DNA of 64,000 nt. Source: Bugula neritina. Its lineage: Eukaryota; Animalia; Bryozoa. A program made the position numbers and the translations under genes. Location of the stretch: positions 31,424,773 through 31,488,772 of the forward strand of contig OZ037766.1 in assembly GCA_964035545.1 (NCBI GenBank), read 5' to 3'. Positions 53,101-64,000 of the stretch are shown here, one piece after another. The notes beneath the pieces were generated by a model. It had not been told where the DNA came from. It did not search any database and saw nothing but the letters and a program-made list of their open reading frames with translations. Every line of letters starts with the position of its first letter. Positions within the stretch are counted from its first letter, which is position 1.

Positions 53101-56100
53101 TTGGTGGTTTTAGTCTTAGTAGCTTGTGTTATAGTTGTCTTCTCATGGTAAGGTGGGATGACTGGTGGTGTAGGGGGTTGGGGAAAGATGTGCCTGACGT
53201 CAACCTATAAGGTGACCCCATCATGTATTTATATATATACTTATTGCTTAACCAGTACACAGTAAAAGCTGCAAACAGCGTACCATGTATGTACCATGTA
53301 TGTACCATGTATGTACCATGTATGTACCATGTATGTACCATGTATGTACCATGTATGTACCATGAATGTACCATGAATGTACTACTGTAATTATGTGTGA
53401 AATTTCTTGCAGCAATAATTAAAGAATATTTTATTTGAATACAAGTTACACAACTCCTAATGTTTACTTGTCAATTAAATGGATTGATCAAACAGAACAG
53501 AAATACTTACTCCTGCTGTTGAACTATCGATGATATCCAGAAGATCCTGAGAAGAATTGACACCAGTTTCCCCTGGTTTGTGTAGCCCAGATATGTGGTC
53601 TGTCCATAGAGCTACTCTCGCTTGTCGGTAGTTGTGGCTGACCAGAGGTCTTGTGCCTTTTGAATTAAAGAGTATGCAACGTTGGAACAGATATTTAGTT
53701 ATACGACTGAAAGAATGCAAACTCATAAACAATGCGTGTCATACTAGACAAGTGTATCTGCAGCTCCTCTCAACCTATAGAGGATATGACATCACAAAAG
53801 TATACACTCGCCGTGGACCTTGAAGGTGAATAGCTATATGCCCAAATTCACTCAATAAAAACCTTTCTGAAAGACAAAATTAAGATGAGAGTCTGTGAAG
53901 CACACTTCTTCATTGGTCCTTTTGCTTGATAGGATATTACTCACTTCTGATTGGTCAGATATTACTCACTTCTGATTGGTCAGATATTACTCATTTCTGA
54001 TTGGTCAGGGATTACTCACCGAGCTGTATGTACTTGTGGGATCCAGTCTCGTACTTTGGCCAGTAGACATTGATGAACCTCAGATTGTTCGGGCTGGTAT
54101 AGGTTGGTGGCCCATCATTGAGAGGAATATTTGGATTGCTACAATTGCACATGGAAATAAGGCTACAATTGCACATGGAAGTTATGCTCCAAATCTTATA
54201 TAAATTTAGTTATTGTATAAAATAAAATTCAAACTACATAATATTTAATTAGTTTTTTGTTTATTTGTAAGTCAATGTTGAATATGTCATGAAAACATAA
54301 TTTTAATTTGTGAATTCTGCATGCTGGCAAGTGTACAAGCATTGTCATAAATCAAGTGTACCTTTATAATACCATTTTTACCAGCCATTTATACTATACC
54401 TACCTTTTAATCAACTAAAAAGCTATCAGATATGCAAGTTTTACACCATACACGTTCAAATATTAAGAAAATAGTAGAAACTCTATTATACACACCCAGA
54501 TATGATGATGTTATTAGACAAAGTATAAAAGAAACACACCCAGATATGATGAAGTTCCCAAAGAATCTCATAACGGCTTCAGAGAGCACTTGTTCAGATC
54601 TGGAGAAAGTAGCATCACCGAATGGTGTAGTGCCAGCTGACAAGGGAGCTCCGAAGAGGAATGTGAGATCTTCCCCATGGTAACCACCCTATATCAGGAT
54701 AGTTAATAGTATTCTTGCAATAATGGCTACATTTTTATTGTAAAAGTTCACAGCTGGAGACTAAAACATTTGAATTCTTGAGAACTGCAGTCCTTCGGTT
54801 TTTGATCTTTTCTATTTGTGGTGCAAAAAGAGCACTAATACAATAACATACATTCACGAACCCATAACACATACACACAGACTCAAAGGCAAACAGACTG
54901 ACAGACTCAAAGACAAATAGACTGACAGACTCAAAGACAAACAGACAGATAAACACAGAGACAAACGGACAGATAGACTCAGAGACAAACAAGCTGTTAC
55001 CTTGTATTGTGGTGAACCTGCAGCCTGATTAGTGTAGTTAGAGTGACTGAAGACATAGAAATAGGTGTCTTTACCCATGTCCAGATGATATCTCCCAGTT
55101 TGCACAAGCGGGGCGTTGTACATACCGTCCCCTAGTAGCTCTATGACCTGAAACACACTTAGCTTATACAATTGGAAGGTAATATGTTATGTAGCTAGTC
55201 TGTTTTAAGGTGAATGTTGATGTACACACAACTAACCTAGCTAATATATTCGGATTAGAACACTTTTACCAATACACCAACTAGTGGAAAAGATTGAACT
55301 TGTGTGACTCGTGACATACAAACCTTGTGTTTCAGCTTAGAGGTGTTGTTCCTGTCACTCCAGTCAAAGTATTGATGGTCAAGAGTGTTGAATATATTCA
55401 GTCTGGGATACTGATAAACTGACCTCACGTACTGCCTTAGAATGCTCAGTTTCTTCTTGGGAGTTATCCCTACAAAAGAACAGCAAATGCCTTCCATAAT
55501 TCACTCACAGTTCGTGTATTATTTGATATCATTTATTTGGTATATTTATTTTTTAACAAGAAAACTTGTTACTTTTCAGTTTTTATGATAGTTTCTTTTT
55601 AAATATAAAGTATTCTTGTTCTAAATAGCATCAAAAATGTAACAATATAATAATATAATTTATATAACTATCAGATGAGGCAGACTTCAAAATTTCTTTT
55701 TCTCTCTTTTCTCAGATTAAAGGGTGCCACAACAAGGTGCGAGACACTGTGAAATTGATATTTTATCATTACTCCTTTATGCAATCAGTTTAAATGTCTC
55801 TTCAAATAAGCATGTAGTTTTCTACAAACCATTTTCAAGGTCATCCTGACTGAGTAGGTGAATCCCCTCGTACTTGTTGACCCCAAACATGAGCTCGATG
55901 TTAGAGAAAAGAGTATCTCCCTGTTTTATCATCAGTTCGGGGGACAACTCCACAAGTATTTTATCCACAACCGGGCCAAATGTGGTCACAAACTGTAAGC
56001 ATATAAGTAAGATATACTTAGTTATAGGACAGTGAAAATCTATGTTACACACTATCCTGTACTATAATATAATATAATATAGTTATGCCTTGACATATTA

Positions 56101-59100
56101 TATTATGCTATAGGTAATCTGTTATACTGCACTATGCTATGTTATATACTATACTAGCAGCATAGTATAGCCCGACATAGTATAGAATTTTAAGACATAA
56201 TGTAATATAGCATAGCATAGCATTCTGCAAAAGTTTTAAACACACAAACCTTCGTTTGTTTTTTAATATGAAAAGAAGACAGAATATTGAAGTGTGACAA
56301 CTCCTAATTAGTTGGAGTTAGCTGCACTATATGACTCACTCGATTATAAGGGACATCCGCATTCATCATCTCCTCATGTCCCACCTCGCTCAAACAATTG
56401 ACCATGACCTTCGTGTCTATAGGCTCGCCCTCTTCTGGCACCGGCAGACAGTTCAAGGAATCCGCTAAATCCTTTGCACTTCTGACGGGGTCGGCGGCCA
56501 TTGCCCAAGGGCTTAAAGCACTTCCACTTTGCAGTATTACTCGGTTGAATAAGTTCATTCCTGGCAAAACAGGAAACGCATCATAGCATTTCTAGTAACT
56601 AGTCGACACAGTACAATGGAGACCAGAGTACAGGGGAAGTAGTATTCAGAGGTAGGTTAGGTTTTATTATCACAACATAATAATTATAGACATTGTAATT
56701 ATTCTGAAGGTGAAAATACATGTCGAATGATTCGTATCAGTCACATAGCTGCATGTTAGTCTGTGATTTTAAGAAAGTTTGTGTTTTTAATAATTATTTA
56801 AACTCAATTTTTAAGCTTTCAGTCTCAACAATCATAATGATAAGAAAATGAAGGGAATGATAGAACTATAGTGAGCTACACGCAATACTATAACCAAATC
56901 TCTACTATATAGATGAACACACAGTGACTCTACACGATCACAACAGAGAAGGTGTGGTGGTGATAACTACAAACGTATATCAATAGTTTACCAAACTTAG
57001 TAGCCAGTAACATTTTCCCCTCCTGACTGATACCTGTATACAGGTTACAAACACAGAAGCGTACATATGATTTGCATGGTACAGAGGCTATGGAACACCA
57101 TTCCAGGAAGAGGGATTTTTAACAAGACGATAAGCTAATGTGTGACATAACTTTTTCTTAAACCATGTCTAAAATACTCGTACAGTGTACAGGATACAGA
57201 CAACAAAGAAGATAGAATAGTCTAACGTTGCTGTTTGATGCAACTATAACTGGGTATTACATTATTTGTTTGTCGGAGTTATCTGTCCTACTGATCTAAC
57301 TACATGTTATTACACTAGTACACTGTATATCCGTGTCATTAGCTGAAATATTAGCTCATAACTTGATTTTAGGCTACACTGCGTACTGCAAGGTGGTGCT
57401 AATATGACACTGGGACCTGCAATGCCTGATGCCCAGTATTATTGATTTTGACTTAACAACTTACACACTTGACAAGAGTGAAATGACGTCAACATTTCTC
57501 AAGATATTTAGAAGATAAGCTGTACACCTCATTGCAGCAAAATCATTTGATTTAAAAAACTTGGTGGTTATAATTTTACTTATAATACTAAAAACATAAC
57601 GTAACACCAAATATATACATATATTTTCAACCAAACTTGCCTAATCATTATAATAAATGCTAATGACTTATTTTTACTATGAAAGCAGTCTAAATACATA
57701 TGCCGGTGTTAACATAATACTTGTAATCTCCTTTTAACCGCTCTTTTAATTTCAAAGAAAGTTAAAGCTTATTTCATGATACTAAATATTTAATCAGAAT
57801 ATGCCATTCATTAGCTACAAAACTTTCGGCCTGGGTCATTCCTAAAGCTCTAAAAATATTTAGTGCAAAGTGTTGAAACAGGCTTTTCAAGTTGGAACTG
57901 TTTTTATATTTCCAAAGCCAAGCTCCACGTTTTTGTTTAAAAAAGACACTTTTTAAAAAACTATGAATTATAGTAGTTGAAGAGGTGCTCTTATCACATA
58001 ACCTGTTTTAACAAAACTGCTGCAGCTTTGAGATGTGCTGTCACATGACTTACGTTGCGTAACAGGAGCCAATGAGAGGAGGTTTGCCAATGCAGCACCG
58101 TAACCGTGGCCCATGACGGTGACTTGCGTACGATCCCCACCAAAGTCAGCTATATTGTTCTGTATCCAGTGAACGGCAGCAACGAGGTCAGACAGTGCAT
58201 AGTTCCCTGAGGCAGCACTATCAGATGTTGATAGAAAACCTTGAGATAAAAACATTAAAGCTAAGGCCAATGCTGAAGTCCAAGTAAAGTTGAAGTAACA
58301 TCAAAGTAAAACCAATGTAACGACAAAACACTAAATTTATTCTGAATTTATGATAAATTAGAAGAACAGAAGTGCAGAACGTTTCTTTACCTAACGGACC
58401 AAGTCTGTAGTTTACGGTTACCACGGCGATATCTGCAAACGAAGACAACACAGACCCGTCATAAGCATTTCCTGTCCCGTAGTCATACGATTCTCCGTGA
58501 ATGAATAGCACAACGGGAGCCGGGCCTTTGCGATCTACAAGAATTATTTGTTCCAAATTTATATCTAATATTTTATCTTTTATGCTGTTGATATGGGCAT
58601 AGAAATTGAAGTTTAGGACTATGTAGAGCTACATTTTACACTGTCACCATAATAACTATATATAATTATAAATATAGCTGAAAGGAGAGAGACAGAGAAA
58701 GAGAGAGAGCTATTGTCATCAACTTAAGGTGTTTTGTTTTGACAATGAATAAACAGAAAAAATGACATCATTTGTAAGATGTTTAAGCTATTATTCATAT
58801 CTCGGTATTGTCTGGATATTACACAGTCACTCAGCCGTCTACATGAACGTAAACTGTAGACCTAATTACTCAGTCTGATGCTGAAGGGATGAAGATGATA
58901 AAGTAAATAAAAGCGTGGCGAATAACAAGGGGATAGAAAGTGTAACGCAATGCATTGTTTGCAGTAATTAGCACAAGTGTCATGTCAATGAGAAGAAAAT
59001 ATGCAACAATAAGGAAAGGGGAGACGATAGCTAATAGGCTAATTGTTTAAGTGACTTGAATAATTTCAAGTGATTCTTGAAATTCTAAATAGAAGATGTT

Positions 59101-62100
59101 TGCAATAATTTTAAAAGAAGAAGCCTCAGTTAGAATTAAAACTGTTGGAAATATGTATAAATGTAAGAGCTGTACTTCATCATTTAAAAAGTTTAATTAA
59201 CTTGTGTGCTCCAAGAATAACTTGGTTTTAGCTTAGATTTTTATGTAAGCACAAGCTTGTAGGTCATTATAAAAGTTAAATTTTCATCAATTTTAAAAAG
59301 CTGAATAGCAAGCAGCTGCAATAGTGTATAAGATACGAGAAACACCTGAAAATATTCAGTAAAATAAAATTGGCAAAATCTACTTCAAGCCATTTGTGAG
59401 AAATGTGATCTCTCAGTATCATGAATAATAAACAAGCACCTGTTTTATGAAAGTGCCAGTAAAAGCACCTTACAAATACCTGTCATCACTACTCAACATG
59501 TAAATCGATGTCAAGCTATGTACTGAAAAACAATGAGTTGTGATTTGTATAATGGCTTAAATTGTATTTTTTTGTCTAAAGTTCTTTACAACTGTGACAA
59601 TCACCGTTTGTATACCTTGCTATGAAAGCAAAGAGTTCTCCATATTTACTCACTGTTGATGAGGCTACACAAAATTGTCACCAGCCATAAAGATAATAGT
59701 TTGAATTGTTTTAGTAATAATATTTTGATACGTATGATTTTTACTGGAAAGTAACGCAGTGTATATATATTATTTTATGTTATATAAATTATAATTGGAC
59801 AGATAAATACATTCAATTATATGAACAACTTTTTAAAGCAGTTAATTTGGAGTAAAGACCATTTAGCTTGACTTTTTTTAAATAAGCATCAAACTTCCCC
59901 CTAGACAATTATTTAAAACATCCTATGGTAAAATAAATATTTCAATGTAACAGAGAGATAATGACTAATATATTTATTATGTAGTTTACACTGTGTGTTT
60001 TTTGAAATGCTGATATAATATGTTTCTAGACCATCACAGTACCTCTGTTGATAATGACTGTTCTATGATTTTATGGCTCTAGAGTGGGTAGTGTTTACTG
60101 CTGACATGAATTGCTAGCTGATTAAGTTCCATTGTGGTTGCTATTTTTAATTTGTTAATGTGGCTATATTTAGCAACTTTGAGAAATGGAATGTTGTTAT
60201 AGCTATAAGCTGCATTATTTTTGGCCAAAATTCCTGATTACCTACAGCAAGAGTTAGGGATAGTTTGAACTAAATATTATACTTTGGGCAATTATAATAC
60301 TAGATGTAACTATACTGTTGATTATTGGCTATGTTGCAGTATAAACTAAAATTCAGATAAAAGTTTCATATCTTATATGAAAATATTGAAAGCCACTTCC
60401 ACCAAAACCTATGAGCCTTTTCAAGAAAACAAAAAAGGAAACATGTTATTATTACATAGTATATTATGATGTCATAAATGTATTACTACTATTTTATTAT
60501 AGGTTTTATTAGCTGTGTACAGTATTTGCGTCATAGGTGTATTTATTGTTTATACCTTTATGTAGTAACCAATTACATAATTGTCATGCTAATACCCTTA
60601 TAGCCTGTTACTGTAATGTCATATTTTTGAATAACTAACAGCCAGAGGCAACTGAAGTGCACCGAAGTGAAAGAGACAATGAAAAGTAAAACTGACACCT
60701 CTACATCTCCTTCTAAAAAGTGCACCATTATTTCAACACCATGAAATAAATTGATTTGATTTATCCTGTGAGATATTGATGATCCACCCTAGTCAAACAC
60801 GCTGCCAGCTTAGCAAATACCAGAGCTGTCGAGTGACACCAATGCTGCCAAAGCAGCGCTTACACTGAAGCTGGGAAGCCTTAAGCCAAATAACAATTAC
60901 TAACAGCTAGAAGCTATTTTTCCAATGATGCAAAAACTGAAAATGAAAAGAATTCTTCCGGTTTAACAATCATAACTGTTACTCTCTCTCATACTAGACT
61001 AAAGAAGGGATACCAGACTCTCATGTGGCTATTGATTGAAGTTGTTGAATTACGTAGCAGAAGAGCTGTGAAGATAGCTTTTAATAACTCAACTGATTGT
61101 GTTAGATTTTGTTGAAAGAGCTACTGGCCAGCTCACACAGATTATTTTTTACTTTTTTAAAATAAAAGTCCTTCTGTAAAATCAGTCTAAACCGGTGCAT
61201 TGGTTACTAATCTCTTTACACAATGACATAGCTATAAATGTTAACATAATGACATGAAGTTAACCGAAGAATTGGAAGCAACATAATGGACAGAAGGAGG
61301 GAGAAGTGGGCCAGGAAAGGGACGTGATAAGGCAGTATATAAGGCCAATGACCCACCAAAACCTTCACTGACTGTCTCAAAGTAATATTTTATTAAATTA
61401 AATTTTAAGACAAATCTACAAGAATGACCTGCTGAGTAGAGTGCACTGTTTACTCAAACTACCTGCTTTATTATTGTAAGAAATTAAAAGCCACTTCAGG
61501 ATATACTCTAGAAAAGTCAGTGTTCTGTGTAAATTACTTTGCTCCAGTTGTTTCTACATTCTGACATTTTCTATTTTGTTTTAAAACTATGCAAGTAAAT
61601 TGGTTGGTTTATGAGCTGACCAGCTGCCTTCAGCTAGCTGCCGATGACTCATCACTTTACTGACAGAAAAAAGGTAGAGGCAACATTTATATTCGTAAAA
61701 TTTTATGCAATAGAGTTTTTCGAGGTATTAAAGGTATATATTAATGTTTAACTTTTGATGAACAAAATTACGTTAATCTATTTTGTGTCCTTTACTGTGT
61801 GCAACCAATGTAAAATATACGTCTTTCTAGCTGCAATAGCATTTTCATTTCTGAAAAATCACAAGTTGTATCACCTGTAGCTTACTTTCTTGAGCTAAGA
61901 TATACTAATATTAGTATCACCCCTAGCTGGGATATATATGTTCAAGCAAAACTCTCACCTCTAGCTAGGATATACATGTTGAGGTAAAAGTTTCACCTCT
62001 AGCTAGGATAAATATATTGAGGTAAGTCTCACCTCTAGCTGGGATATATATATTGAGGTAAAAGTCTCACCTCTAGCTGGGATATATATATTGAGGTAAA

Positions 62101-62923
62101 AGTCTCACCTCTAGCTGGGATATATATATATATATATGTTAAGGTAAAAGTCTCACCTCTAGCTGGGATATATATATTGAGGTAAAAGTCTCACCTCTAG
62201 CTGGGATATATATATTGAGGTAAAAGTCTCACCTCTAGCTGGGATATATATATATATATACATGTTGAGGTAAAAGTCTCACCTCTAGCTGGGATATATA
62301 TATTGAGGTAAAAGTCTCACCTCTAGCTGGGATATATATATATATATATGTTAAGGTAAAAGTCTCACCTCTAGCTGGGATATATATATTGAGGTAAAAG
62401 TCTCACCTCTAGCTGGGATATATATATTGAGGTAAAAGTCTCACCTCTAGCTGGGATATATATATATATATTGAGGTAAAAGTCTCACCTCTAGCTGGGA
62501 TATATATATTGAGGTAAAAGTCTCACCTCTAGCTGGGATATATATATATATATGTTAAGGTAAAAGTCTCACCTCTAGCTGGGATATATATATTGAGGTA
62601 AAAGTCTCACCTCTAGCTGGGATATATATATTGAGGTAAAAGTCTCACCTCTAGCTGGGATATATATATATATATTGAGGTAAAAGTCTCACCTCTAGCT
62701 GGGATATATATATTGAGGTAAAAGTCTCACCTCTAGCTGGGATATATATATATATATTGAGGTAAAACTCTCACCTCTAGCTGGGATGTATATGTTGAGG
62801 TAGAGACACTCTTCAGACTGATCCTGAGTAAACTCCGAGACACGTCTGAGTCTATCTACTCGACAGGCTGGCATCTTGGAGGACAGCTCAGCAAAGTCTA
62901 GTTTTTTCTGGGGACACACGGGA
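50179..62923 (-). CDS. NLGN: Neuroligin-family cell-adhesion protein, 5' part not found in window; exons 62923-62775, 58534-58391, 58239-58054, 56560-56340, 55992-55830, 55469-55324, 55147-55001, 54688-54540, 54138-54020, 53656-53511, 53204-53099, 52921-52742, 52437-52331, about 51906-51731, 51133-50179
   Basis: It has a cholinesterase-like domain ([41 protein letters not shown]) lacking the catalytic Ser (GHGYG instead of GESAG), then [12 protein letters not shown], a Thr-rich stalk, a TM ([24 protein letters not shown]) and a long His-rich cytoplasmic tail. Confidence 0.9.
52660..52769 (-). repeat. 30-nt x about 3.7 in-frame repeat spanning the neuroligin donor at the start of the TM helix
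   Basis: ATGTCCTTGACATTAGCTCTCACTATAG|GT is repeated, with possible exon ends at 52742, 52712 and 52682. Confidence 0.92.
61915..62802 (-). repeat. 38-50-nt minisatellite, about 22 units, each a copy of the neuroligin exon end plus donor (CTCAATATATATATCCCAGCTAGAG|GTGAGACTTTTAC)
   Basis: The first unit in transcript direction is the real exon end (LNIYIPAR) at 62775. The internal (TA)n length varies between units. Confidence 0.96.
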
Positions 62924-64000
62924 CTGCAGAAGAATATGAGTCATGAGTCATGTCCATTGTTTAACAAAAACAGAAATTGTTAGATGAAATCAAAAACTCA
63001 GCTTTTTAAATATTGTAGCTATAAAAAGCTGAGTAGTTTTAACAATGTTAAACAAGAAACAATTGCCAAAACACTTGCTAAATATCGCAAAATACTAGGA
63101 GTAATTCTGAGCTAAAGACTAGAAAGTCTAGGATCAAGCTGATCAGTGAAACTGATTCTGTATAAAAACAGGTCTGAGTGACTGTAAAGCAGAAAAAAGG
63201 AAATTCTACTTGAAATCTGATCGTGGTTAGTTACCCTTGCCTGTTAAATCAAAAGGTTATTTGAGGAAGAGGGATAACTCCTTCTTACCAGTTTAATTAC
63301 AGTGCAAATACATGTTGTGGTTGGTTTCTTTCTGGGTTACCCAGTTTAATGAACCTCAATATTGATTTATCCAATAGATATGCATCATCTGGGGTAATTT
63401 GCTTAGCTTGTTTTGTTTTGCAGCAAAATTCAAGCAAAATTTTTGAGTTTGCCAAAAAATTTAAATGTTGCTCAATTTAAATTTGATAAAGTGCTTTCTT
63501 ACTTATCAGAATGAAAAGGTATTGTTATTGTAAAACATGAAGGTTACAGTTAACTATACAAGATGGCAAGTGAGAAACATCACAACACATGGATATGAGA
63601 GAAAGCCATGTCAAGGCAGATGTGTGAATCTGGAGATTATATGTAATATAATAAGTTTAAGCTCTTGGATTACACCCCCAGTTCACACCTTTTTATCTCG
63701 GGTGTCCAGTGCTTGAATCTAAAGGAGTTATCACTGTTGGTCAAAGTAAACATCATTAAACAAGGCAGCATGAATTTTACTATTCATGACTGCTCAGTGG
63801 TGGATACAGTTCAGCAATATGTAGGGAAGTGTTTAATAAATAACAGTAGTGGATTTTAAACATATACATACAATTTGTGGTTAAAGTGAGTATACAGAAA
63901 AGATTGACCACAATTTGTTGGTAAAATAAACTCTGAATTTAAAAAACCTCTTTAAACATATATTTATTAAATTCGTGTTTTTAGTAATTATTCTATTTTT

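Noticed and set aside
57968-58556. Active carboxylesterase or acetylcholinesterase
   Set aside because: The catalytic Ser motif is replaced by GHGYG and the oxyanion GG by GES. The TM and tail fit neuroligin.
62995-63036. Short hairpin ACTCAGCTTTTT...AAAAAGCTGAGT (similar short hairpins at about 10612-10640 and 40798-40822)
   Set aside because: They are too short to assign a function without conservation data.

Overview
This is AT-rich metazoan (invertebrate-like) genomic DNA with seven intron-containing genes, which I reconstructed by hand from splice sites and translation: a BMP-type R-Smad (Smad1/5, +), LAMTOR1 (-), PDS5 (+, 25 coding exons), SMIM20/phoenixin precursor (-), cyclin A (+), an orphan small type-I membrane protein (-) and a 5'-truncated neuroligin (-). 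LAMTOR1 and SMIM20 appear only as fragments in the ORF track. A 7.6-kb Ty3/Gypsy LTR retrotransposon (40232-47869, -) has 557-bp near-identical LTRs, a tRNA-Leu primer-binding site, a -1 frameshift signal and a frameshift lesion in RT. Two MITE-like elements and a nested foldback palindrome are also present. The most striking pattern is that about 18 of roughly 57 coding introns carry unrelated tandem arrays (units of about 17-50 nt) whose unit copies that intron's own splice junction. This produces ladders of decoy GT donors or AG acceptors. Some are in frame and could tune protein length, and others would introduce premature stops.
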